A DNA stretch of 63,928 bases, the filler included, from Aduncisulcus paluster (Eukaryota), in the NCBI GenBank assembly GCA_024181965.1. It is 6 parts of 6 records of this genome, joined end to end, with 100 filler letters (N's around TTAATTAATTAA, not from the genome) between each part and the next. Parts side by side here need not be neighbours in the genome. Positions count along the whole stretch, not along the records: positions 34,845 to 47,933 come from BQXS01012467.1; positions 48,034 to 60,212 come from BQXS01012469.1; 4 more parts are not named here. One strand, given 5' to 3'. The position numbers and the translations under genes were made by a program. This document shows, piece by piece, positions 38,235 to 50,148 of this stretch (within the stretch, counting starts at the first letter, position 1; the number at the start of each line of letters is the position of its first letter). Under the pieces are notes generated by a model. It ran no database searches. It saw only the letters and a program-made list of their open reading frames with translations, and was not told where the DNA came from.

Positions 38235-39032
38235 TCTATGTAGATTAATGGAGTGTTTCGATTATCTTCGGAAACAGCTGAATCGGACAATATCTCATCT
38301 CATATCCAGTGAATTATGCTACTCTAAGAGATGGAGTGTCCAACATCACACCATTGTTGAGTCAACAACATAAAGCAGGATTATTACACCACTTGGAAGA
38401 AACACTAAGGATTCACTAACTCTCAACAGAGAATTTAAAACAAAAAAATCTAAAACAAATGATATTGCAAAATCAAACAAGCTCTGGAGGGGGGAAACCA
38501 GGAATCAGACAAGTATAGTCATCTACCAAGAAGTCCACAACATTCACAGATTACAACTACAACTTATCATCACATATTAAAACTTTACAATGCAATATGT
38601 GAACAAAACTCGGACTTAGGAAACGATTTTGTGTCAGGAGTGGAATGACACGATTGTTATCCAATATATGTTAGAAAGAAACCATTTATATTTTTTAATC
38701 GATATATTCTGCAATGTTATCTTGCATTGTTATTATACAGAGCCTCTGTAAAACTGAGTTTTGAATTCTAAAACTTCATTTCTTCCCGTTGTAAAAGAAA
38801 TATTGAAAATATTGTATGTCATAATTTTTCGTTAGTTAGATATTAACTTCTTGTCAATCCATAATCACCATGTTTTATTCACTAGTTCTCTCGCTGGCTG
38901 TTCTTTTTTGTTCTTGTCGTCATTTTCTCCTTGAAACTCACTTCATGTTCGATGATTGTGGTGTCACGATTTGTTAAAATTATCATATTATTTTATTATT
39001 GTATAGTCTAGCCATAGACGATCAAATACATT

Positions 39033-42000
39033 ATGGATCCGAATCCAAGCTCAGAAAGTGATGAAGTACGTTAATTTGAATTCTTTGAAACTAAATGATA
39101 AGTATATATGAAATATATTTAAGAATTGACTGTATTCTTCATTTTATTTGATTTTTTTCCAATTTACCTAAATCTTCTATGATTTTGCTTTTTACTTTAG
39201 ATTCAAATCATAAGACCGGAGTTTATTCATGAAGGAGGTTCATCTTGCCTTCCATTTTCTCGTAATGCTCCCATTGTAACAAATCCGTTGTTCGAAGGTA
39301 TTATTGCAAAGAATTTATCAAAAATCGTGGATTCTGACGGGTATAATCAGAGCACTAATGCACAAAAAATGATGAAAGGGGAGTTTAATTCTGGATCTTG
39401 TACGTATATCTCCATTCCTTTCCCTCAAACTTCAATGAAAGGCGCAAATATTTGTATTAGGGGAAATCCAATATTATCTTCTCCACTATCACATCTTATA
39501 TTGACATTTTCTTCAATGGGATTAAAATTATCGAAGAAATACGAATTTCCTGAATTGGAAGCCTCTAGTTGGTTCTTTCTTCCAATCGATCTTTCTGATG
39601 TTGTTCTATGTGAAATTACTGGGAAAGGAAAAGAAAAGCCGGAGTTTAAAATACAATCTCTCGTTTTTATTCGAGAAGAAACCCCAAAAGAAACTATAGC
39701 TCGTGAATCCAAGGAGAAACTATGGTCTGAAGCTCCGACTCTCAGTGCCAAGTTTGTGCTTTCAGGAGGGAGAGCTTCTGTTTCCATTCCGCGTGATGAT
39801 TCGATTATCGTCGAGAGTTTAGTTGAAAAAGTGAAGGGAATTAATGAAATATATCGAAAAGAAGCATTTTCAAAATTTGATGTAAGTTATTCGGCTCAAG
39901 ATATGCTGAGAGGTGAATGCGGCGTTGTTTTATCACATCTTTCCATTCCTTTCACATCAGTTAGTCTAAAAGTTGCTTATATATGTGTTCATTGCGATTT
40001 TGGATCACCATCTCTCCTTTTCACTTTCACTGATTCTGATGGTGTTCTGACATCAAAAAGATATGAATTCACAAGACCTGAACGCAATCTTAAACATGTT
40101 TATGAATGGCACTCCTTTCCTATTGATTTGTCCAATATTGTTCTTTGTGAGATTGAGGGGAAAGGAATGTGGGAACAGGAAAAAAGTCAATGTTTTAGAA
40201 TCGATTCTCTTATTTTCCTTCGAGCATCTCCCTCCAAAAAAATCATTTCATGTGAATTTCAAAAAATACCCAAACAAAAACTCTCTCTCTATCCGAAATA
40301 TAAGATAGTGAAATCAAAATATTTAAATTCTGAATTCTCCCATCCTATTCCATGTGATAGTCCACTTGTTGTAAATCCTTTAATTTCAATGGTCAAGGGA
40401 GAGGATTGTTCCATCAGCAAAATATCTGTACCTCATTATTATTCTTCAAAGGCACAACAAATGCTAAAAGGTAACTCTTATGTATCCTTATCCCATCTTT
40501 CCATCCCTTTCCCATCACCTAGTCCTCTGAAAGGTGCATATATCCGTGTGGATAATTGGCATAGTTTACCCTCTCTTCTCTTCACTTTCACTGATTGTGA
40601 TGGTAAGAAGACATTCATTAAGTTTGAATTCACAAAACCTGAACATATTTTTGAATGGCACTTCCTTCTTATTGATCTGGATAATGTTGTATTGTGTGAG
40701 ATTGAAGGGAAAGGAACGTGGAATATGAAGAGTAGTCAACGGTTCCGACTTGAATCTCTTACTTTCGTTCGAGATGAAACTTTGGACGCTCAATTCGGCA
40801 ATCCATTGAGAAACAATGGTCCCAAGCTGTATGTTTAAAATTGTTTATTTATTTTCATTTCTCATTGAAATTGACTGTTTACATTATTTATGATGCTTTT
40901 CCGTTAACTTGTTTGATTTTCTTATTCTGAACTGGTGTATTACATTATTTTAGTCTATCGTTAAATCAAAGTTTGTCAATTCGGGTGCTCTATATTGTTC
41001 CCCCATTCCACGAGATGATCTTTTGGTTATGAAGCCTTTATTTGAGAGTGTGGATGGAAAAATTGATTCATATTTTAAGGAATCTAGAAAATATAATCGG
41101 AGTTGTAAAGTTCAAGAAATGTTAAAAGGGGAATGTGATGTATACTTATCCCATCTTTCTATCCCTTTCTCATCGCCCAGTCCAATGAAAGGTGTTTATA
41201 TCTGTGTTAATAAGTGTTATAGTTCACCCTCTCTTCTCTTCACTTTCACTGATTCTGCTGGCAAGAAGACTTGTATAAAGTATAAATTCAAAGAACTTAA
41301 GCATCCATATGAATGGCACTTACTTCTTATCGATTTGGATAACGTTGTACAATGTGAGATTCAAGGGGATGAATCTTGGTATCTGAAGAAAAGCCCAGTG
41401 TTTGAAGTTTCCTCTCTCATTTTCTTTCGTGAAGAAACACCTGAAGAAAGCTCCATTCGTGAAGTTATCGAGGAAAATTGGCTCAAAGCTGTATGTTGTT
41501 TTCTATATTTTTCTGTTTGTGTTATTTTTTCTCCACTTGTTAATTCTTTTTTTTACCCTCCATTTATATTTTTATTTTTATTATAGCCGATCATTAAACC
41601 AGTGTTTATTCGTTCAACTAACCCATCCTCTCCTCCCATTTCACGTGATGGCACATCGGTCATTAATCCTTCATTTGAAATGGTGAAGGCTAAGGATGAT
41701 ACATATTGTATTGAATCTAAAGATTATTGCAAGAGTTCAAATGCACAAAAAATGTTAAAAGGGGAAGATAGAGTATCCTTATCCCATCTTTCCGTTCCTT
41801 TCCCATCACCTAGTCCTATGAAAGGTGCCTATATCTGTGTAGATAGGAATGATAGTTCACCCTCTCTTTTCTTCACTTTCACTGATTGTGATGGTAAGAA
41901 GATATTCAAGAAGTATGAATTCACAAGACCTAAACATGATTTTGAATGGCACTTCCTTCCTATTGATTTGGATAATGTTGTATTGTGTGAGATTGAAGGG

Positions 42001-45000
42001 AAAGGAATGTGGAAGGAGAAGAATAGGCGATGCTTTGCAATCTTTTCTTTAGTTTTCTTTCGAGAAGAAACCCCTGAAGACCGTTGTATTAGGGAACAAT
42101 GGTCTAAAGCTGTATGTTCATTATATTTTATTGGTTTAATATTTTCATATTTCTTTGTTTTATTATTTGATACGATTCACGCTAATCTTGTTTTACAATA
42201 TTATCTCTCGATTTGTTTCTAATACCATTATATATCTCTTTTTCAAAAATGATATGTAGCCCACCATTAAATCAGAGTTTGTGTATTCTGGCGATGCATC
42301 TGCTATCCCCATTCCACGTGGTAATGCAGCCGTTAATAATCCTTCTTTTGAGATGGTCAAGGGAAAGAATTATTCGTATAGAAAGGAATCTGAGAAGTAT
42401 GACCAAAGTGAAGAAGCTCAAAAAATGTTGAAAAGGGAAGGAGAAGTGATATTATCCCATCTTTCCATCCCTTTCCCATCACCTAGTCCTATGAAAGGTG
42501 CTTATATCTGTGTGAGTAAGGATTCCAGTTCACCCTCTCTTTTCTTCACTTTCACTGATTGTGATGGTAAGAAGATATTCAAGAAGTATGAATTCACAAG
42601 ACCTAAACATGGATTTGAATGGCACTTCCTTCCTATTGATTTGTGTAATGTTATATTGTGTGAGATTGAAGGGAAAGGAAAGTGGAAGGAGAATAATAAT
42701 CAATGTTTTAAAATCTCTTCTTTAGTTTTCCTTAAACAGCGTATTTTATTTGGAAATGTTGAATATATCTATATGGGAACCTTTTCACGCATTCCAATCC
42801 CTCGAGATGATCCAACATTTATCACTCCAGATTTTACTGCAATTAAAGCAAGAGAGAAACAAAAAGAAGAATATGAGGATATGAGCAAGTCTGCCCAAGC
42901 GATAATGAAAGGAGAGGGTGATATTATTGATTCTGAGTTTTCTCATATTTCCATTCCTTTCAAAGAATCAATACCTACAAAATGTGCCTATATCTGTTTT
43001 GGTCAACCATCTCGTAAGTCTTCATCTCTTACATTCACATTCACTTCCTCAAATGGAAGCAAAATATCATATTTATATAAATTTGATAATGAGTTTGCTA
43101 AATCCACAGATCGTTGGTTTAAGCTCTCCATTGGTCTCTCTGATGTTATTTCATGTGATATCAAAAGAGAAGTCAAAGGAGATGATGAAGAAAGGGAGAA
43201 TTTTTATATTTCTTCCCTTGCTTTTTATCGAGAAGATACTCTTGATGAATATATTGCTCGAGAAAAACAAAGAATATATCTTGAAGAACTCTGGTTGAAA
43301 TCCCCACCTGTGATAGCAATGTCTGTAACCAAAGAAATTGTAGATTCCCTTGATGATACCTCAATCATAAAGCCTTCATTCTCAGATGTTACGTGTAAGA
43401 ATGATGTGTGTTGTAAGGAATCTAAGGAGTATGATCAGAGTTTTGATGCACAAAAAATGTTAAAGGGGGAAGGTTTTGTATACTCCATATCCCATCTTTC
43501 CATCCCTTTCCCATCACTTAATTCAATTAAAGGTGCATATATTTCTGTTCCTAAATATTTTCTCCCTGCTCTTCTCTTCACTTTCACTCTTTTTAACGGA
43601 AAGAAGATATCCAAGAGGTATGAATTCACAGAAGATCTACAAAAATCTGAATATTACTTCTTTCTTCCTATTGATCTTCCAAAGGTTGTTTTATGTGAGA
43701 TTCAGGGAGAAGGATCATGGAAACATGAGAAGGGTCGAAGTTTTCAAATATATTCACTTATTTTCATTAAAGGTGAAGATATTCCTCCCCTTCCTTCAGA
43801 TTCCACAAAGCTTATCAAACATGACTCTTTCACTCTCACTTCCTCTGCAACCATCACATCTCAGTGCATCATTGGTCGTGGTGGATTTGGTGAAGTTCTT
43901 CTTGTTGAAGTCAATGGTATCCCTATTCCTTGTGTTCTGAAGAAAATGCTCCATGAAGCTGACAAAAAGGTTGTAAAAGATTGTCGAAAGGAGTTCGAGA
44001 TGCAACGAAAATTGTTTAACAATCCAAAATGTTTCAATCGTATCCCACGTCCTTTGTACATTCTTGACCTGCTTGATTCAGATATGAAAGGAGTATATGG
44101 ATATATTATGGAATATTGTGCTGGAGGATGCGTTAATGAATTTGCAAAGAGTTGGTGTGCAGATGGCAAGTATGTGATGATGGAGGATGAGAGTGAAAAG
44201 GATGAATCTGATTCGTCTTGTGGTTTTTCCAAGAGGGAAAATGACTCAACTCATATTGATCCCATGACACTAAACCCTATGAAAATGTGTTCTCTCTGTG
44301 TTGGAATTATCGAGTGTATTGATGATGTGTTCAGAGCAAAGAAAAATCTTGTTCATCGAGATATTAAACCTGATAACTTCCTTGTTCGTGTTGATCCCAA
44401 AGATGGAGAATGTACAATTGTTCTTTCTGATCTTGGATTAGCAAAGATACAGGATTCTATCTCTTCTTCATCAACTTCCAAATCTACTGTCCGCCCATTC
44501 CAGAGCGAGAAAAAAGACAATCCCTCAATCCAAAAGGGATCCAGATGCGGAACTCTTGTGTACAACTCTTATGAAACTCTTTTGGATGGGACTCAGACTC
44601 AAAAGAGTGATGGATATTCTCTTGGAATGTCGATTCTTTCGTTATTCTTATGTGAGCAACCTTTCACTTCATTGCCCATCTTCAGAGAAGTTTATAGGAA
44701 AGTTCGCACAGGAGAAGCTGATGATTTTGATCTTATGAAATTATTAAAGCGGTTAATGGAAAATGATATGTGTCAACGTCTATCTCGATCTCCTTTGTTT
44801 AAATCCTTGTTAACTATTGAAGATGGGAAATATAAACTTGTTCATAAGGCTTTGAATGAAGTATTCACAGGTCTCACCCAATTCGATGAAGATGAACGTA
44901 TGAGTGTTCATGAAGCTCGCAAGAAAGTGCAATCCATCAAAGATTTATTGCCCCAGATTGGAGAAGGATTTGAATGTCCATCCATTAAGGATATTATTGA

Positions 45001-45831
45001 ACGGCAGCTTTTAAAACATGGAAGTGTTTCTGGATCCATTGAAGAAGATGAAGGTGAGAAAGCGAGGGATGATCAAGTTACTTCTACATCAAAACTCCAA
45101 AGTGAGGAGAAAGAATTTCGTCATATTCCTTCCTATGAAAGAGAAAGAAATGAAGAAGACCACGAAGACATTGATCGTATTCAGAAAAGTTCTGATGGAT
45201 ATGAAGAGTATGAGAAGGAATATGGAAGTGAGAAAGAACAGGATGAACCTTTTGCAGTTTCGTTACTCTCAAAAATTCAAAGCACGGAGAAAGAAGATCG
45301 TGATATCCCTTCATATCTTCGAGAAAGTCAGGCCTCTCGTAAGGATGATCAAGAGATGAAGGTGAGAAAGCGAGGGATGATCAAGTTACTTCTACATCAA
45401 AACTCCAAAGTGAGGAGAAAGAATTTCGTCATATTCCTTCCTATGAAAGAGAAAGAAATGAAGAAGACCACGAAGACATTGATCGTATTCAGAAAAGTTC
45501 TGATGGATATGAAGAGTATGAGAAGGAATATGGAAGTGAGAAAGAACAGGATGAACCTTTTGCAGTTTCGTTACTCTCAAAAATTCAAAGCACGGAGAAA
45601 GAAGATCGTGATATCCCTTCATATCTTCGAGAAAGTCAGGCCTCTCGTAAGGATGATCAAGAGATTCATACTTCACAAACTTCCACATCAATTTCAACAA
45701 TCCAAAGTTCTGTGGGTGATCACAGAGATATGATGTCATTTACTGTTGAATCAACAGCTGTTGATATTGATAGTCAAGGTCAAAGGATAATCAAACCAAA
45801 GGAAAAGGAAGTGGATTCTACAGTGGAATGA
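39033..45831 (+). CDS. Repeat-kinase gene C: eight repeats + kinase + acidic tail; frameshift near 40785 (possible pseudogene or assembly error)
   Basis: Introns at 39066-39200, 40829-40953, 41491-41586 and 42112-42259. Motifs GRGGFG, HRDIKPDN, DLG, GTLVYNSYE. A small deletion near 40785 shifts the conserved RSIRQSIEKQWSQA out of frame. A 308-bp tandem duplication lies in the tail. Paralog-equivalent stop is TGA at 45829-45831. Confidence 0.75.
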
Positions 45832-46291
45832 TCAACAATGTTGATTCAACATTCTACAAGTGAAGATCTTAACATGTGGAGACAGCCATCAAAAAATAAA
45901 CAATTCTCCAATGGTGATGAATTACAAGTGAGATATGTTCAAAGCACGGAGAAAGAAGATCGTGATATCCCTTCATATCTTCGAGAAAGTCAGGCCTCTC
46001 GTAAGGATGATCAAGAGATTCATACTTCACAAACTTCCACATCAATTTCAACAATCCAAAGTTCTGTGGGTGATCACAGAGATATGATGTCATTTACTGT
46101 TGAATCAACAGCTGTTGATATTGATAGTCAAGGTCAAAGGATAATCAAACCAAAGGAAAAGGAAGTGGATTCTACAGTGGAATGATCAACAATGTTGATT
46201 CAACATTCTACAAGTGAAGATCTTAACATGTGGAGACAGCCATCAAAAAATAAACAATTCTCCAATGGTGATGAATTACAAGTGAGATATG
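45047..46291 (+). repeat. Two overlapping tandem duplications (periods 308 and 354 bp) of the kinase tail
   Basis: GATGAAGGTGAGAAAG at 45047 and 45355. TTCAAAGCACGG...GAGATATGT at 45584 and 45938. Confidence 0.9.
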
Positions 46292-46337
46292 TAATCTCTC
46301 AAAACATCATCAATCACACTACTCACACACACACACA

Positions 46338-47312
46338 CTACTCGATTTTGAACAGCTTCCACCCTTCCTTGGTAACCTCCAGCATTTCTTTGTGGAATGG
46401 AATGACAGATTTTCGATGTGCAACACTAATCATCGTGATCCCACGGGATTCCATCTTCCCCAGTAACCTCTCTTCCAAGTCTTGGGGCAAGGCTGACGTG
46501 GATTCATCCATCACAGCAAATCGAGGATTGTGCCATAATACTCTTGCAAACCCAAGACGTTGCTTCTCTCCACCACTCAAAATATCTGCCCAAGGTTGGA
46601 CACAATCGAGCGAATATCTGTCAAGAAGATAGTCCAACTCAGTGAGTTTGAGGATATCAGAAAAGATATGCTTGGGAGTTCTGCAAATCTGGGATTCGGG
46701 ATGTGGATAGACGAGTTGAGCACGAAGAGAGGCTCCATGGATAATGTAAGGACTCTGAGGAACAAAGAAGATCCCAGATCCAACATCCTTGGGTCGAACG
46801 AGTTTATGATGATTACTTTGGATGGGCCATAGACCACCGATGACTCGAAGAAGACTGCTCTTACCGACTCCACTTGGACCAACAATAACAATTCCTCTCT
46901 TCTTCTTCTTCTTCTCCTTCTTCTTAATGAAACTGCAACCATGCTGTGAATCATCATGTGAAAGTTCACATGTTTTTGATGGTTCTATTTTAGAATCATG
47001 TTCAACATCAACAACCTGTTGTTCTTCATCACCGACGGTCACAACCAGATCCAGACATTTCACAAGAGTTTCACCCTTTGGAGAGAGCACAGAAGCATTC
47101 GTAAGCTTAATTAAGTCAGGATTATGCTCACATCGATCAGAGTCAGTGATTTGGATGTTTTCCAAGGATTGATGCATCTGTGAGACACGAGATAAAGTTC
47201 CCGTGAAGGCAGCAAATTGCGGGGCAAGGTTCAGGAATAAACACAAAGATGCGAGAATCTGATTAATGTGGGCCAAAATGACTTGGAATGTCTGGATATC
47301 TATCCCTTTCTC
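46338..47312 (-). pseudogene. 5'-truncated duplicate of the ABCD gene (end of TMD2 + NBD2)
   Basis: Nearly identical to 23375-24251 plus 22291-22388. Homology ends abruptly at about 47312, where repeat X begins. Confidence 0.85.
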
Positions 47313-47933
47313 AACATGGTTTATGTCATTAATTCCTTTCGAAGAGATATTGTTAAAAATTAAAAGTAAAATAAATGAAATTGGATTATCAAGCGAGCCC
47401 AGAAGAAGTGAGAATCAAGAAACCAGAACTATAGCTCCTATCAATAAGTCCATGACATTCACAGATTACAACTATAACTTATCATCATATAATAAAACTT
47501 TACAATGCAATATGAGGAGGCACTGTCTGAACCTGGGATGTATCTCCATAAAAACACCAGTGTCCATAAAAACACTCATCTGGAAGGAGGATGTGACTAT
47601 GGAGAGCGAGAAGCGGAGGAAGAGCTTTGGTTTTATCAGCTTGGAGCTATTGACGGAGAGATTGCTGCTGAGTGAGGTGAGCTGAAAATCTCTCATTGAA
47701 CTAGAGAATGACAAGATATTGGAGTTACATGACTAGATCGTGACATCTTTCGAAATTTCTATGGTATGAAGACGAAGTTCTTCAACGAGATTCAGAAGAG
47801 TCTGTTTTAATCATTTCTCTGCTCTCCTTTTCTTTCAGTTATTCTTTCCTAAATGGTTCGGTTGAGCACCCAAATGATCAAGAAACCAGAATCTATGTCA
47901 TACTTCAGATTAATGGAGTGTTTCGATTATCTT

Positions 47934-48033
47934 NNNNNNNNNNNNNNNNNNNNNNNNNNNNNNNNNNNNNNNNNNNNTTAATTAATTAANNNNNNNNNNN
48001 NNNNNNNNNNNNNNNNNNNNNNNNNNNNNNNNN
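47934..48033. other. Artificial contig linker
   Basis: N44-TTAATTAATTAA-N44. Confidence 0.98.
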
Positions 48034-48330
48034 CTGAATGATGTGTTTGAAGCTTTGACAAGATTGGACCCCGATTCACGAATGAGTGTGCTCCAATGCA
48101 ATGAGAGGATTCAGCCAATCAAATATCTACTTCCAAAGATTGGGGAAGGATGGGAATGTCCAAGTCTTGCAGATATCATCGATGAACAACTTAGGAGCCA
48201 TGATGGATGTGTTGGAACGATTGAAAGTGAGCATCCTAAAGAAGGTGATCATCCTAAACAAGATGGCCAGCATCCAAAAGAGGGGCTTGCTGGCATGGAG
48301 ATAGAGCAGGGATGGGATAAGAGCCAGTGA
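48034..48330 (+). CDS. C-terminal end of another kinase-family gene (5' truncated)
   Basis: LNDVFEALTRLDPDSRMSV...LLPKIGEGWECPSLADII matches the kinase C-lobe end. Frame is open from the contig start. Confidence 0.8.
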   Translation: MNDVFEALTRLDPDSRMSVLQCNERIQPIKYLLPKIGEGWECPSLADIIDEQLRSHDGCVGTIESEHPKEGDHPKQDGQHPKEGLAGMEIEQGWDKSQ

Positions 48331-48427
48331 TAATAGAATGAGGAAAATGAGTGAGGCGATGATCTTGTGACCTCTGAGAGTCAGACCCTTTCATCTCCAA
48401 ATAAGGGAAATAATATATCAAAGTAAT

Positions 48428-49335
48428 GTGTTATCTTCATCATTTACACACATTAACATTCCTTTCTATGAACCTTCTCCAGTGAAAGGTGGTTATATCC
48501 GTCTATTCGATTGTTTTGGGTTTCCTTTAACATCTTCCCATCTTATCTTCACTTTCTCAACTACTTCGAAGGAAACAGTATTCAAGAAGTTTGAATTTCC
48601 TGAATTTGAATATTTGTATTGGTGTTTTCTCCCTGTTGATCTCTTTGATGTTACTGCATGCGAGATTACGGGGCAAGGGCGATGTTCTTCAAAGAAAATA
48701 GGGAAAGAAAAACTCGATTTTCATTTTCAAATCACATCCCTTGTTTTCATTAGTCGAGAAGAAACCCCTGAGGAAATTATATTTCGTGAAGCCAGAGAGA
48801 AACTATGGTCAAAATCTGCAGTTGTGAAACCAGAGTTTATGAAGGAAGGAGATGAAGAATCGTAATGGTGGTCATTCTATTCCCATTCCACGTGATGATC
48901 CAAAGGTCGTCAATCCTTTGTTCCCAACTTGGGAATGGTTAAGTGTAAAGATGATTCGGTGGTGAGGGATTCAAAATTGTATTATCAGAGTTTATTTGCT
49001 TAAATAATGTTGAAAGGAGAAGATTCCGTTGAATTCTCCCATCTTTCTATCCCTTTTCGATTAACTAGTTTTATGAAAGGTGCTTATATTTGTGTGGATA
49101 TGTTTAATAGTTCACTCTCTCTTCTCTTCACTTTCACTGATTGTGATGGCACTTCCTTCCTATTGATTTGATGAATGTTGTATTGTGCGAGATTGAAGGG
49201 AAAGGAACTTGGAATGAGAAGCTATGTCGACATTCCTGCATAAACTTCCTTGTATTTCTTAAGCTTGATGAGATTGGTGCAGCAGAGCAATTATCTCTAC
49301 TTCCATGGGAACGAGACATAGATGATTGTCAGTAA
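48428..49335 (+). pseudogene. Two-repeat pseudogene of the beta-rich repeat family
   Basis: FTHINIPF...FLPVDL...CEITG...REETPEE is followed by a second unit with in-frame TAA (48863 and near 49000), frameshifts, and a deletion fusing ACTGATTGTGATGG to CACTTCCTTCCTATTG. Confidence 0.8.
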
Positions 49336-50148
49336 CTGGTGATCAGAACAAAAGGAGAAGAAGTACAATAATTTGTCGATATAGTTTCATTCAATGATCT
49401 ATAGTATGGGAATCCATAGAGATTATGACTTTCTCTTTGGAATCCATTTGAAGCTGACAAATACCAATGATTCCATATTCTTTATTGTACAAACCTTCCC
49501 AATTTATGTTGCTACCTTGCTGAATAATTTGAAATTTGGGCAATGATTTGATGAAGTGAGGAAGATAGGTTTCAAAATCAAAGAGTTCAACCAAAATATT
49601 ATCTCAAACAATAAATAGAAAACACTTGTACTCTTTATCTCATATCAATGTTGGTCTTGATTTTCTCCAGAATTCCAATCATCCTCTCAAGGTTCAAGGG
49701 TTTTTTGGCCCGACCAATTAAACTCCGATAAATCTCTTTCAATTTTGTACAAGACCCTTTTCAAGTTCCTTCATCTTGGGTAACTCTCCGATTCTATATA
49801 ATTTTTTATACAATGGTTTCTCTCCTCCAAAGAAATCATCTGTTTTGAACTTTTGAAACTCGCAGTCAGCTACAAAATATTTTTGATCAATGCTATGAGC
49901 CTTTTGAGGAAGTTTAAATGCACTGTAAGATAAATCACAAAGGAATGAAAGAGTGATTTCTAAAAATAGAATTTCTAAAAATAGAATTTATGTATTTTGG
50001 AATCATCGAAAACTTGGATATATTCAAACTTTTTGGTGATTCTCCTTTTTCTCATCTGGGTTTCCATCATTTTCATATCTCTTAGAATTTTATAATTTTG
50101 ATTCTTCTCCAGATGATCTAGATATCGAGTAGTGTTGATAAAATTTTT

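Noticed and set aside
34845..45831. Diversity-generating retroelement (RT next to variable repeats)
   Set aside because: The RT has non-LTR motifs and is disrupted. No non-coding template repeat was found, and differences between repeats are not confined to adenines.
49391..50140. Coding-like minus-strand remnant downstream of the receptor kinase
   Set aside because: Multiple stops and no recognisable family, so no call can be supported.
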